Assembly (NCBI GenBank): GCA_032249235.1
Contig: JAVVGF010000001.1
Span: forward strand, 288,001-352,000
Length of the DNA stretch: 64,000 nt
Origin: Thermoproteota archaeon
Lineage (GTDB): Archaea > Thermoproteota > Thermoprotei > Gearchaeales > Gearchaeaceae
Reading direction: 5' to 3'
The translations under genes were made by a program, and so were the position numbers. Numbering within the stretch: the first letter of the stretch is position 1; each line of letters opens with the position of its first letter. The notes under the pieces are model-generated. The model was not told the DNA's origin, searched no databases, and was given only the letters and a program-made list of their open reading frames with translations. Shown here in pieces: positions 8,526 to 19,305 of the stretch.

Positions 8526-11500
8526 ATTTGAAACTATTAAAAAAGTATTAGTCTTAGGAAGTGGTGCTATTAAAATTGCAGAAGCAGGTGAATTTGATTA
8601 TTCTGGTAGCCAATGTATTAAGGCGTTGAAAGAAGAAGGAATCAAAACAGTTTTAGTTAACCCAAATATTGCTACGATACAAACAGATAGAAACTTAGCT
8701 GATTCAATTTATTTCTTACCTGTAACAAGTAAATATGTAGCTGAAGTAATAGAAAAAGAAAGGCCTGACGGAATACTTTTAGGATTCGGTGGTCAAACTG
8801 CTCTTAACTGTGGAGTAGAGCTAAAGAAAAACGGTATCTTAGATAAATATGGAGTAAAAGTATTAGGCACTTCTATCGAAGCGATTGAAACTGCAAGCGA
8901 TAGAGAAAAATTCAAGCAAACAATGTTAAAAGCTGGAATAAATGTTGCAAAAAGTAAAAGTGCTTATTCAGTTGAAGAAGCTAAGGCATATGCAAAAGAA
9001 TTAGGTTATCCTGTAATGATAAGGGTAGCTTTTACTTTAGGAGGTAAAGGAGGAGGGATCGCAAAAAATGAAGATGAATTGATAGAAATTGTTGAAAGAG
9101 GCTTAGCTCATAGCTTAATAAAAGAAGTTTTGTTAGAAGAGTATCTAGGCGAATTGAAGCAAATAGAATATGAAGTAATGCGAGATTATGTAGGAAATTC
9201 AATAACTGTATGCAACATGGAGAACATTTTAGGAATGAGAATACATACAGGAGATAACATTGTTGTAGCACCATCGCAAACATTGACAAATCATGAATAT
9301 CATTTGTTAAGAGAAGTTTCAATAAGGGTCGTTAATACGATAAAGCTTGTAGGTGAGTGTAATGTCCAATTTGCACTCGATTCTAATACAGGCAATTATT
9401 ATGTAATAGAAATCAATCCTAGAATGTCTAGATCTTCAGCATTGGCATCTAAAGCAACAGGATATCCCATAGCATATATGGCTGCAAAGTTAGCAATAGG
9501 CTACACTCTTCCTGAACTTTTAAATAAAATAACAAAAATGACTACTGCAGCATTCGAACCTTCATTAGATTATCTAGTATTAAAAATGCCTAGATGGGAT
9601 TTCGACAAATTCCCAAGAGTAGATAGAAGATTGAGGACTCAAATGAAATCAGTTGGAGAAGTTATGGCTATAGGTAGAAGCTTTGAAGAAGTATTGCAAA
9701 AAGCAATTCGCATGCTAGATATTGGCAAAGATGGATTAGTGGCAAACAGAGATGAAGAGGATTTGAGCATTGAAGAAATTGAGAAAAAATTAGAGGAGCC
9801 TGATGATAAAATAATGTTCTATGTAGCGAAAGCAATAAAGAAAGGAATGAGTATTGAAAGAATTGTGAAATTATCTAGAATAGACCCGTGGTATCTTTGG
9901 AAGATAAAGAATATCGTAGACATGGAAGAAGAATTGAAGAAAACAAATCTTAAGGATATTAAAGAATTGAAGGAAAAAATTCTTAAAGCAAAGAAATTAG
10001 GATTTTCTGATAGGCAAATTGCTCGTATTCTAAAAATAGATGAAGCTCAAGTTAGAAATTTGAGAAAAGAGCTTGGAATAAAGCCTGTAACTAAACAAAT
10101 CGATACGTTGGCTGCTGAATGGCCAGCAAGCACAAATTACCTTTATTTAACTTATAATGCAACGCATGACGACCTTGATTACTCTGGATCAAAGAAAAAA
10201 GTAATGGTTCTAGGAAGCGGGCCATATAGAATAGGTAGTTCTGTCGAATTTGATTGGGCTACAGTTAACATGATTTGGGCTGTTAAGAAATATGGAATCG
10301 ACGAAGTGATTGTCATCAACTGCAATCCTGAAACAGTATCTACAGATTATGATATTAGCGATAAGCTTTATTTCGAAGAATTAACGCTAGAAAGGGTCTT
10401 AGATATTTATGAAAAAGAAAATCCTTTAGGAATCATAGCATGTGTTGGGGGCCAAACAGCTAATAATCTCATTCCAAAACTTGCAAGATTTGGTGCAAGA
10501 TTGTTAGGTAGCAGTTATGAAAGTATTGAAATTGCGGAAAACAGAAAGAAATTCAGCGAATTCTTAGATTCCCTAGGAATTAAACAACCTCCTTGGAATG
10601 ATTTCACAAGTTTAGAGGATATATTTGAATTTGCTTATAAAGTTGGATATCCTGTAATCGTTAGACCATCTTTTGTGCTCAGCGGTTCTGCAATGGAAGT
10701 TGCATGGACTCCTACTCAACTTAAAAAATATCTTGAAAGAGCTACGAAGGTTAGTCCTGAATATCCAGTTACTGTTAGCAAATTCATAATAAACGCTAAG
10801 GAAGTTGAAGTAGATGCTGTATCAGACGGTAATAAAACAATAATCGGTGCAATTATTGAGCATATTGAAAATGCAGGTGTTCATTCAGGTGATGCTACGA
10901 TGGTTATACCCCCTTTAACGTTAAGTCCTGAAATACAAGAAAAGATAATTGATATCACGAATAAAATAGCAAAAGGTTTAAAGATAATAGGTCCTTTCAA
11001 CATTCAATTCATTGTTAAAGATCAAGAAATTTATGTCATCGAATGCAACTTAAGAAGTTCAAGATCGATGCCTTTTACTTCAAAGTTTACAGGCGTCAAT
11101 TTAATTGAATTAGCTGCACAAGCTATCATGAAAGGTAAAATAGAATGTGATGTAAAGCCATATATTAAGGGTTATGCAGTTAAAGTTCCACAGTTTTCTT
11201 TTATGCAATTAGATAAAGCTGATCCTGTGTTAAGTGTTGAAATGCGCTCTACTGGTGAAGTAGCATGCTTCGCTGATACCTTTTATGAAGCATTCTTCAA
11301 AGCATTAGAAGCTTCAGGCTTAAGAATTTCATTTAAAGGTAATGTTCTCATATCAGTAGGAGGAACAGAGCTTAAGCAGAAGATACTTCCTATAGCTATT
11401 AAATTAAGCGAACTAGGATACAACTTGTATGCTACGGAGCATACAGCTGAGTTTCTTAAAAACTATAATCTCAAAGTTAATGTTGTTTATAAAGTAAAGG

Positions 11501-11745
11501 AGGTTAACAGAAGACCCAACATTTTAGAAATTTTAAGAGAAGGCAAAGTGGATCTTGTAATAAATATTCCTTATTCGATAACACTTGAAAAATTCTCAGA
11601 AATGTTGGAAGATGACTATCTAATAAGAAGGAAAGCAGTTGAGCTAAATATTCCTGTTCTTACAAGGCTTGAAACAGCTCAAGCTTTGGTTGAGGCTTTA
11701 GAGTTCATAATTAAGAAAAAACATTTATTGACAGTAAATGAATGA
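8518..11745 (+). CDS. carB: Carbamoyl-phosphate synthase large subunit (ATG 8518 preferred over TTG 8500)
   Basis: KKVLVLGSGAIKIAEAGEFDYSGSQ, two ATP-grasp halves, EINPRMSRSSALASKATG, C-terminal MGS-like domain. Confidence 0.97.
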   Translation: MPRFETIKKVLVLGSGAIKIAEAGEFDYSGSQCIKALKEEGIKTVLVNPNIATIQTDRNLADSIYFLPVTSKYVAEVIEKERPDGILLGFGGQTALNCGVELKKNGILDKYGVKVLGTSIEAIETASDREKFKQTMLKAGINVAKSKSAYSVEEAKAYAKELGYPVMIRVAFTLGGKGGGIAKNEDELIEIVERGLAHSLIKEVLLEEYLGELKQIEYEVMRDYVGNSITVCNMENILGMRIHTGDNIVVAPSQTLTNHEYHLLREVSIRVVNTIKLVGECNVQFALDSNTGNYYVIEINPRMSRSSALASKATGYPIAYMAAKLAIGYTLPELLNKITKMTTAAFEPSLDYLVLKMPRWDFDKFPRVDRRLRTQMKSVGEVMAIGRSFEEVLQKAIRMLDIGKDGLVANRDEEDLSIEEIEKKLEEPDDKIMFYVAKAIKKGMSIERIVKLSRIDPWYLWKIKNIVDMEEELKKTNLKDIKELKEKILKAKKLGFSDRQIARILKIDEAQVRNLRKELGIKPVTKQIDTLAAEWPASTNYLYLTYNATHDDLDYSGSKKKVMVLGSGPYRIGSSVEFDWATVNMIWAVKKYGIDEVIVINCNPETVSTDYDISDKLYFEELTLERVLDIYEKENPLGIIACVGGQTANNLIPKLARFGARLLGSSYESIEIAENRKKFSEFLDSLGIKQPPWNDFTSLEDIFEFAYKVGYPVIVRPSFVLSGSAMEVAWTPTQLKKYLERATKVSPEYPVTVSKFIINAKEVEVDAVSDGNKTIIGAIIEHIENAGVHSGDATMVIPPLTLSPEIQEKIIDITNKIAKGLKIIGPFNIQFIVKDQEIYVIECNLRSSRSMPFTSKFTGVNLIELAAQAIMKGKIECDVKPYIKGYAVKVPQFSFMQLDKADPVLSVEMRSTGEVACFADTFYEAFFKALEASGLRISFKGNVLISVGGTELKQKILPIAIKLSELGYNLYATEHTAEFLKNYNLKVNVVYKVKEVNRRPNILEILREGKVDLVINIPYSITLEKFSEMLEDDYLIRRKAVELNIPVLTRLETAQALVEALEFIIKKKHLLTVNE

Positions 11746-11938
11746 GAAAATCTTCGATATAGCTAAAAAGTTATTTGAAAGCCATAGAGAGATTCTAGAT
11801 CCTACTATTCTGAAGAATGTTGAAGTTGAAAATATGATAAGAGAACTTGGATATGTTGAGAGCTTTAAAGAAGAAGAAATAATTTTGATAAAAATAAAGT
11901 GGGCTAATATCGTTTTTAATTCATCTTCTCTCCTCTAA
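11738..11938 (+). CDS. Small hypothetical protein (66 aa)
   Basis: Overlaps the carB stop, with typical charged composition. No recognisable motif. Confidence 0.35.
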   Translation: MNEKIFDIAKKLFESHREILDPTILKNVEVENMIRELGYVESFKEEEIILIKIKWANIVFNSSSLL

Positions 11939-12436
11939 TATTCCTGCACCTATATGTACCCTGTCAATATGTTTTGACAATTCTTTTTCATTAGTAAATA
12001 TAGAACCGCAAAAGGCGCATACTAAACCTTTTATTTCTTCAATTTCTTGAGTAATTTCTTCACTAGGCTTTAGATCACCAATTAAAGTTCTTAAAGTAAG
12101 AATGCCGATTATTTCGTTACCATCTCGAACAGGCAGCCTTCTTATATTTTTCTCCTTAAAAATTTTTATTGCTTCACTTATATCTTTATCTTTTTCTATC
12201 GTTATCAAGGGACTAGACATTATTTCTTTAGCTTTTGTCTTTATTGGATCTTTACCTTCAGCAACTACTTTATAGAGTATGTCTCTTTCTGTTATTATTC
12301 CTACATATTGATTTCCTTCTTTAATTAATACACTTCCTACTTTCTTTTCCTTCATGAGTTCAGCAATATACCTTATATTATCTTCAACGCTGGCGCTTAC
12401 AATGAATTTCCTCATTTTATCTTCAACTTTAGGCAT
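11921..12436 (-). CDS. CBS-pair protein with C-terminal C2H2 zinc finger
   Basis: GIITERDI, IMSSPLITI, IRRLPV CBS motifs; CAFCGSIFTNEKELSKHIDRVH. Confidence 0.85.
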   Translation of the reverse strand: MPKVEDKMRKFIVSASVEDNIRYIAELMKEKKVGSVLIKEGNQYVGIITERDILYKVVAEGKDPIKTKAKEIMSSPLITIEKDKDISEAIKIFKEKNIRRLPVRDGNEIIGILTLRTLIGDLKPSEEITQEIEEIKGLVCAFCGSIFTNEKELSKHIDRVHIGAGILEERR

Positions 12437-12476
12437 AAGTAAAATTTTGGTTTAGAGAATAAAAACCTAGAGAAAG

Positions 12477-12604
12477 TGGGGTCGAGGGGACTTGAACCCC
12501 CGGCCTTTGGGTCTCTCCGCTCCAGAACTTCATCATCGCATATGCTCAAATTTTCTTTATTGTGTTCTGGAGCCCAACGCCCTACCTTGCTAGGCTACGA
12601 CCCC
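12477..12604 (-). tRNA. tRNA-Trp(CCA) with 54-nt intron at position 37/38 (intron 12513-12566)
   Basis: On the reverse strand: acceptor GGGGTCG/CGACCCC+A, anticodon arm TTGGG-CTCCAG|intron|A-CCCAA, T-arm GGGGG-TTCAAGT-CCCCT. The central helix CTCC/GGAG with 3-nt bulges forms a BHB/BHL motif. Confidence 0.93.
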
Positions 12605-12634
12605 CTACTATAAATAATATTTAGATGCTAAAAA

Positions 12635-14341
12635 TTAAATTTTCCTCACTTTACGATATATATAGAGGTTCAAGATGATCTGTAAAAACAGAATAAACGT
12701 TAATGCAGAAATATAAGCGTAATCTGAACCGCTAAGCTCAGTTCTAGTTTTATATAAGCTAATAACTAGAGTTTTGTCGCCGTCTAGAATAAATGTTTGT
12801 GTAAAATTAACAAATCCTTCCTTTAATACTTCTATTTTATAATTTCCCGAAGGTAAAAGCAGATTTGTAAATCCATATTCAATTCTTGAATCAAATAACA
12901 ATAGATCATTATAGTAGATTTTAACTGTTGCGTTGGGCTTATCTAATCCTTCAGCTATTATTTCTAAAGTTAAATTATAAAATTTATAAGATATAATATT
13001 AATACCATAATCATCTATAGTTTTATTATATAAAAGTTTCAATGGTATCTTTGCATTATTAATATTAATAATTATATTACTAGGCATATCTTTATATATT
13101 AAAATGGCTTTATCATTAATAGTATATGATAATGAATCTTTAACTATTAAATTAAAGTTTTTCACAAAATTGTTTTTAGCTGTATTATATAACATTATTT
13201 CCGTAATTTTATAGTCAAACTTTTTCACTATAAAGTAGTACCTTGAATTTTCTTTTACGATAAGTGCTACGTAAATGTTTTTCAGCGAACTCGTTGAGTT
13301 ATATTCAAAGAGATTTGAAAATTCGAAATTTAAACTACCTTTTATGGCTATTCCATTAATCGTTTCGTTATTCTCTAGTTTAACCTCTTTCAATACTTGA
13401 TAAAATATACCGCTCGTTTTTTGGTATATGAAAAAAGTATTATAGTTATACGATAAAGAACTTTCATTTCTAGTATAATTAATGTTCAAATATATCAACT
13501 TATCTCCTAAAATATTTGTAATAGGAATAATTATTTTATCTTTACCTATTATAAAGTTTTCAAAGGAGTATTTTGCAATAAGAGAGGGCGTATAAGTAAT
13601 TACTCTTGTACCGTTTATTGTTTTATCAAAGACATTTTGATAGTATAAATATATATCTAATTTATCTACTTTAAGATTAATATATCCTTTAGTTGAATTA
13701 TATATTAATGGCATTATTATTAAACTATTGTTTTTGATATCCTGCTTTATAACTGAAAAGCCTATTCTAGTTATTTTAGTTCCTTCGATTCCACTACTTG
13801 TTTCCACTATAAGTTGATTCGTGAAGTTAAGGATGGATTCATTTGTTAAAAGCCCTAAGTAAAAACTCGCATTTCTGAAAGTCTTAGGTAATGTAAAATT
13901 AGTATTAATAAAAAACATATTATTTGAAACATTAAGGCTATATTCGAAATCATTTATAATTTTTTGTTTTTTTACATAATTGATAAATGCTTGAATATAA
14001 ATTATTCCTATCTCGTCTTTTACTATTATTTTATAATAACCATACTTTTGATTATCGAAAGTATAAATCTTTTGAATCTCATTACTCTTCAGTTTGACTA
14101 TTAATATTTCTTCGTTAATCGGTGATAGTAATGTTAGATAAAATGATAAGCTATTCTGCGCTAATATCTCCACATATAACGAATCACCGTCTTCGACCAT
14201 TAATGAACCTAAACGATAAGAATAAAGACTATCTTTCTCGGTTCCGATTAATAAATCTTGGATTATTTCTCCTTTTACATGAATATTATTTAATAATGAG
14301 ATGAGGAGAATAAGAAGTATAAAAGAGATTGGTCTTCTCAT
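12635..14341 (-). CDS. Secreted/surface glycoprotein with signal peptide, C-terminal PEGA/carboxypeptidase-regulatory-like beta domain and TM anchor
   Basis: N-terminal hydrophobic signal, about 16 N-x-S/T sequons, LPSGNYKIEVLKEGF motif, C-terminal TM helix followed by RKVRK. Confidence 0.7.
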   Translation of the reverse strand: MRRPISFILLILLISLLNNIHVKGEIIQDLLIGTEKDSLYSYRLGSLMVEDGDSLYVEILAQNSLSFYLTLLSPINEEILIVKLKSNEIQKIYTFDNQKYGYYKIIVKDEIGIIYIQAFINYVKKQKIINDFEYSLNVSNNMFFINTNFTLPKTFRNASFYLGLLTNESILNFTNQLIVETSSGIEGTKITRIGFSVIKQDIKNNSLIIMPLIYNSTKGYINLKVDKLDIYLYYQNVFDKTINGTRVITYTPSLIAKYSFENFIIGKDKIIIPITNILGDKLIYLNINYTRNESSLSYNYNTFFIYQKTSGIFYQVLKEVKLENNETINGIAIKGSLNFEFSNLFEYNSTSSLKNIYVALIVKENSRYYFIVKKFDYKITEIMLYNTAKNNFVKNFNLIVKDSLSYTINDKAILIYKDMPSNIIININNAKIPLKLLYNKTIDDYGINIISYKFYNLTLEIIAEGLDKPNATVKIYYNDLLLFDSRIEYGFTNLLLPSGNYKIEVLKEGFVNFTQTFILDGDKTLVISLYKTRTELSGSDYAYISALTFILFLQIILNLYIYRKVRKI

Positions 14342-15276
14342 TTTTTATTTGATACGTAGAAAATTATGATTAGCATTATAACTGGAACTAATAATACAAA
14401 ACTAATATAAGGATTATTTAATAAAGCGACTACACTTTGTGCCAAATAAATTAGAGTAATTGAGATTAATACACTTACCAAAGATGTTAAAGCTAATTTT
14501 CTTAATATTTCAATATAATTTTTCTCTATCTCAATCGTTTCTTTTTTGTAATAAAGTTTTTCATCGTACAATTCTAAGTTGTTTATAATTGATTTCAAGG
14601 CATAAATATAGGATGCGAATAATGCAATTGGTAGTATATAATAAATTGAATTATCTTGAATGCCTTTTATTAACTCAATCTGATTAGGTTCTATGTTTGC
14701 TCCTGAAAATAATGATTGGAAAGCTGCTAAGTAAGCTAAGAATAGATTCAATTCAAAAATTCCTAATTTATTTATCTGTATTTCGCCTATGCTTGATAGT
14801 TGCAAACTAATAGCTATCTTCAAAACATAACAATTAATTGTACCGATCGTGAATAATAAGATCATTTTAAAAGGATTTCTAAACCCTGTTTCTCTAGAAA
14901 AAAGCGAAATCAACGCTATGATTGGCGGTATTACGGTATTACTTAAAAGAATGTATGTAATATTCTCGAGTGCCAATTCTCTGCTGTTGGAGTAATATGC
15001 GCCGATTAAAGGAATTATTATGGAAAGCAAGAAAATAGAATAAACAGACAGGAAAGCTCTCCGAGTACCATCCTTAACCATTTGTAGCGATAACTGATAT
15101 ATGAATGTTAGCAAAAAATTCATTATAAAAAATATGTTACTAGACACTAAAATATATTGAGCAATGTATATTAATAAGGCTATATAATTTGTCGAAATAA
15201 ATATATATAAAAATGAAATAAACAACAAATATATCAAAATTGTATCTAAGTTAAATCTTTCTTGTCTCATATTCAA
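14338..15276 (-). CDS. Multi-pass membrane protein, unknown function
   Basis: About 8-9 hydrophobic segments; overlaps its neighbours in the MoxR operon. Confidence 0.7.
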   Translation of the reverse strand: MNMRQERFNLDTILIYLLFISFLYIFISTNYIALLIYIAQYILVSSNIFFIMNFLLTFIYQLSLQMVKDGTRRAFLSVYSIFLLSIIIPLIGAYYSNSRELALENITYILLSNTVIPPIIALISLFSRETGFRNPFKMILLFTIGTINCYVLKIAISLQLSSIGEIQINKLGIFELNLFLAYLAAFQSLFSGANIEPNQIELIKGIQDNSIYYILPIALFASYIYALKSIINNLELYDEKLYYKKETIEIEKNYIEILRKLALTSLVSVLISITLIYLAQSVVALLNNPYISFVLLVPVIMLIIIFYVSNKK

Positions 15277-16549
15277 TCAAGCTTCTATATCTCATATTAT
15301 TATATGCTCTTACTATCTCTTTTATGATATCATCTTGAAATATTATTTTAGTTGATATATTATATTTTTCTATTTCCTCTTTTATCATATTAAGGCATAT
15401 ATTTTCAGATGAATACAATATTGAATTTATATTATCTTTTATATCCTCTCTATGGAAAGATCTGAGAATTATGACTTCAAATCTTATATTTTTACATTTT
15501 ATAAATAGATCTAAAATGTTGTTATTTATAATCCCACGATCGCATATAAAAAAGAAATATGTGTTAAGATCATATTTTAATAATAAAGAAACTAATTTGT
15601 TTATATCATTCTTTGTTGGCTTATTTTTTATTTCACCTAAATATTTAATTAAATTATAGAGTTCAATAAAGTTTTTTATTAAGAATTGATCAACATTATT
15701 ATTATAAAGAAAAATAAATTCTAAATACGTGTTATATTTTAATGCAACACTCGCGAATGTTATGATAGATTCAGCAAGAATGTCTATTTTTCTTTCTCCT
15801 TCTTTACCTTCAAACATAGTATCCTCTATTATGACAACTGTTCTGAAAACGTTCTTTCCTTCCTCTTCCTTTTCTATTATGTACAATTTTCTCTCAGGCG
15901 ATTTGGCAACTTGGCGCCATGCTATTCTTCTTAAATCATCCCCTATTGTATATTCTCTACTGCTATAAAATTCAAATCCTTCTCCTTTTCTTCTCGTACT
16001 CTTAAGTCCATATTCACTATAAAGTATTGCGCTTCTTATTAAGTTGCTAATTTGAGCTGATACACTAGGGTAACACGATATCTTATTGTAATACTTATAC
16101 TCTTTTTTTACAAAAAAGAACTGAAAGGGATCAAATGCAACTATTTTTAAAGTTTGAAATTCATGAACACCTATTTCTTTTGGCAATAAATAGTAGCTTA
16201 TTTTTGTTATTCCTTTTTTTAATTTGCCATTAAATCCTAACTTGCCTTCATAGTAGAAAAAGCCTGATGGAATTTCATCAATAATTACTACATAGGGGAT
16301 GTCTTTTGTGCTTTTTATTTCTAGTTCAATTTTTATCGGTGAATTTCGAAAACATTTGTCATCAAGAATCCTTCTGATCTCAAGATATTTTAAAGCATTC
16401 AATATTCTAATGAATCTAAGAGCTTCGATTAATGTAAGAGTTATAAAAGAAATAGAAAAAATGTAAAGCCAAGAAAATGAAAAGATTATTGAAAGTATAC
16501 ATAATAATATTGAGTTATAAATCACGAAATAACCATTGTGAGTTATCAT
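15251..16549 (-). CDS. DUF58 family protein (MoxR partner, VWA-like)
   Basis: GEGFEFYSSREYTIGDDLRRIAWRQVAK DUF58 signature; N-terminal TM hairpin; DPFQFF. Confidence 0.9.
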   Translation of the reverse strand: MITHNGYFVIYNSILLCILSIIFSFSWLYIFSISFITLTLIEALRFIRILNALKYLEIRRILDDKCFRNSPIKIELEIKSTKDIPYVVIIDEIPSGFFYYEGKLGFNGKLKKGITKISYYLLPKEIGVHEFQTLKIVAFDPFQFFFVKKEYKYYNKISCYPSVSAQISNLIRSAILYSEYGLKSTRRKGEGFEFYSSREYTIGDDLRRIAWRQVAKSPERKLYIIEKEEEGKNVFRTVVIIEDTMFEGKEGERKIDILAESIITFASVALKYNTYLEFIFLYNNNVDQFLIKNFIELYNLIKYLGEIKNKPTKNDINKLVSLLLKYDLNTYFFFICDRGIINNNILDLFIKCKNIRFEVIILRSFHREDIKDNINSILYSSENICLNMIKEEIEKYNISTKIIFQDDIIKEIVRAYNNMRYRSLIEYETRKI

Positions 16550-17508
16550 TATCTAGGAGCTTGAATAGATTTCATACAATCATCGATTATTGTTTTTAGA
16601 TCTGAGTATAGGTCAGTGATTTGCCTAGGATTCCTTAGACTTCTATATTCAAGCGATAGAATTAATCTGTGATTTAGTATGGGGAATAATAATTCTTTTA
16701 TATCATCAGGAATCACATAATCCCTTCCTTCAATAGCTGCTAATGCTTTACTAGCTCTTATCAATAAAACTGCCGCACGGGTACTCGCCCCTAGAGTTAA
16801 CCTTTTATCTGATCTAGTTCTGTTTACTATATCTATAACGTATTTCTCTATATCCTGATTTACATGAATTTTTTCAACATCTTTAATAAACCTTAATATA
16901 CTATTTTTATCAATGATTGAATTTGTGTTAATTTCAAGATTTTTACCGTATTTTCTAATCACTTCCATTTCTTCCTCAAAACTTGGATAATTCAAAAGCA
17001 TTCTGAACATAAATCTATCTAATTGTGCTTCAGGTAAAGGATAAGTACCTTCTAATTCTAATGGGTTCTGAGTTGCTATTACTAAAAACGGCTTATCAAG
17101 CTGTCTTGTTATTCCTCCTACAGTTATTTGTCTTTCTTGCATAGCTTCAAGCAAGGCAGATTGAGTTTTAGGTGGTGCTCTATTTATTTCATCTGCAAGT
17201 AGAATGTTTGTAAATATTGGTCCTTCGTAGAAGATGAATTCTTGCGATTTCATATCGAATACATAACTTCCAATAATATCTGAAGGCAAGAGATCTGGTG
17301 TGAATTGAATTCTTTTGAATTTAAGATCTAAAATTTGAGCAAAAACTTTTGCTAACAAGGTCTTTGCTATTCCAGGTACACCTTCAAGCAATACATGACC
17401 TTCACTTAATAATGCAATCGTTATATATTTTATTTCTTTATCTCGTCCTATTACATATTTCGCTATTTCCTCTTTTAGATTTTTATAAAATGATTTAATC
17501 TCCTCCAT
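16549..17508 (-). CDS. moxR: MoxR family AAA+ ATPase
   Basis: [73 protein letters not shown]. Confidence 0.95.
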   Translation of the reverse strand: MEEIKSFYKNLKEEIAKYVIGRDKEIKYITIALLSEGHVLLEGVPGIAKTLLAKVFAQILDLKFKRIQFTPDLLPSDIIGSYVFDMKSQEFIFYEGPIFTNILLADEINRAPPKTQSALLEAMQERQITVGGITRQLDKPFLVIATQNPLELEGTYPLPEAQLDRFMFRMLLNYPSFEEEMEVIRKYGKNLEINTNSIIDKNSILRFIKDVEKIHVNQDIEKYVIDIVNRTRSDKRLTLGASTRAAVLLIRASKALAAIEGRDYVIPDDIKELLFPILNHRLILSLEYRSLRNPRQITDLYSDLKTIIDDCMKSIQAPR

Positions 17509-17902
17509 CTAAAATCTTTATGATATCATCATATTTAACTATCAATTCCTTAATATCCTTAATGTCTTCTGTTTTTATTAAGAATTTTTTTATCTTTTTC
17601 ATAGCTTTTTTACCATATATCTTTTCGATTTTATCAAAATTAATAAAATAAGGAACTTGGATATAACCTAGTTTTTTTGATATCTTATGATATATTATAA
17701 ATTTCATGTTTTCAATAATAAATTTTCTCTCATTTTCTTTATCTAGGTATTTATTGATTAATGTTGCCAAATTCGATTTATAATTTATTCGTTTAATAAA
17801 ACCTTTTATCAAATATTTATCTCTAAAATTATGACCTACAATTAATAATAATATAATTAATGATAAAAATAATACTAAATTGAAAAATTCAAGTAATTGC
17901 AT
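17495..17902 (-). CDS. Hypothetical protein with N-terminal TM helix
   Basis: Single hydrophobic N-terminal segment; overlaps both neighbours. Confidence 0.6.
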   Translation of the reverse strand: MQLLEFFNLVLFLSLIILLLIVGHNFRDKYLIKGFIKRINYKSNLATLINKYLDKENERKFIIENMKFIIYHKISKKLGYIQVPYFINFDKIEKIYGKKAMKKIKKFLIKTEDIKDIKELIVKYDDIIKILDGGD

Positions 17903-18428
17903 ATTGGATTTTACTTGATAATTCTTTTAAATTATGAAGAAATTCATTTATCTCTCCATTAGTAGGTTCGTGTTCTCCGAATCTTACTTTTTCGTAAGAT
18001 AAATAGAGCTTATATATGATTTCCTTCACGAAATTAGAAGGAATAGTTCTGTTATATTCATTTATTCTCTCTCTTTCAGTCAAATAAGGTTCCACCTTTA
18101 CGTTCAATAATTTCTCTAGAAAATTACTTAAATAAATGTATGATTGAATTATTGCAGTTTTGCTATTTTTTTCACTTATTAATTTATGGAATAAGTCAAT
18201 AATATCTTCAAGCTCTTTCATAATACTTTGTACTTTATCTTCAAGCTCTTTCTTCTTTAGCATGAGCTCTCTTTTAATCGCTCTCTTTTTTCTTAAATAT
18301 AGTATTGATAAAATTATTGTAACTATTAGTAAAAAAATAAATATAGGAAGCCAAATATAATAAATAAATTCTCCTAATCTCAAATTCATACACAAAAGTA
18401 ATATTATAAAAATTTTATGTATTAACAT
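17889..18428 (-). CDS. DUF4129-like membrane-anchored protein
   Basis: AIIQSY...LTERE...YEKVRFG pattern typical of DUF4129; preceded by a TM segment; MoxR/DUF58 context. Confidence 0.7.
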   Translation of the reverse strand: MLIHKIFIILLLCMNLRLGEFIYYIWLPIFIFLLIVTIILSILYLRKKRAIKRELMLKKKELEDKVQSIMKELEDIIDLFHKLISEKNSKTAIIQSYIYLSNFLEKLLNVKVEPYLTERERINEYNRTIPSNFVKEIIYKLYLSYEKVRFGEHEPTNGEINEFLHNLKELSSKIQYAIT

Positions 18429-19260
18429 AGTCTGTTATTTTAGTTTTAGATAGTACAAGATATAAATCAATACTATTTATATTATTTAAATCAATATAAC
18501 TTCTGATAGGGCCGGCATATTTTGTAAATATATACTCTATGTTATCTCTAAAAACGAATATATCTTTACTTTCTGCAATACCAATTGCATATTTATTGAA
18601 GTACAAAATAGAAAAGATAGCGGTATAGTTGTTTTCTAAAAGATAGCTTATACTTTTTATTTCTGTATTAACAGTTAAATATTCTCCTTTTTCGTATTCT
18701 AAAATTGAGTTTCCATCGAAGTCATATACATTCGCAATAGTCGGTCTTAAACTATTTACTTCAAACCAAACAGATATGAATTTATCCTTATTCAAAAATA
18801 ATATAATGCTCTTTGGTTGTACGTGAACAACGCTATATGTGCTTTGTAAAGCATTTAATTGTTTATTTGTAGCAACTGGTAACCAAAATGAAACATCAAT
18901 TGTTATATTATAGATCCCCAAGTTTAATTTAGTTTCGTAAAATGTGCCATTATTCAATATAGCGGCAGCTACTAAAGATTGCTTGGTCATATCATAAATT
19001 TTTGCTAAAATAGAATTTTCTTTTGAACTTATTAGATATAACGTGTTATTTAAGTGAATTTTAACTTGCAATCTTATGGAGAATTTTTCTTGCTTAGTAT
19101 TATTTCCTGGATTAATCGAATTTTCATTTCCAGTCTTTGATCCCACTTGTATTGCAAATAAGGATGCAAAAGAGAGCTGAAAATTGAAAGCATAAGTAAT
19201 CAACAGTATGAGCGAAATGAATATGAGAAGATAACTCAAATAATCTTTCTTATTGTTCAC
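18415..19260 (-). CDS. Membrane-anchored/secreted beta-rich hypothetical protein
   Basis: N-terminal TM helix, several N-glycosylation sequons; first gene of the minus-strand operon. Confidence 0.6.
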   Translation of the reverse strand: MNNKKDYLSYLLIFISLILLITYAFNFQLSFASLFAIQVGSKTGNENSINPGNNTKQEKFSIRLQVKIHLNNTLYLISSKENSILAKIYDMTKQSLVAAAILNNGTFYETKLNLGIYNITIDVSFWLPVATNKQLNALQSTYSVVHVQPKSIILFLNKDKFISVWFEVNSLRPTIANVYDFDGNSILEYEKGEYLTVNTEIKSISYLLENNYTAIFSILYFNKYAIGIAESKDIFVFRDNIEYIFTKYAGPIRSYIDLNNINSIDLYLVLSKTKITDYVNT

Positions 19261-19305
19261 AATATTGAATTTATAAGTAATGAATAAAAATGTGTCATCA
19301 TAAAA

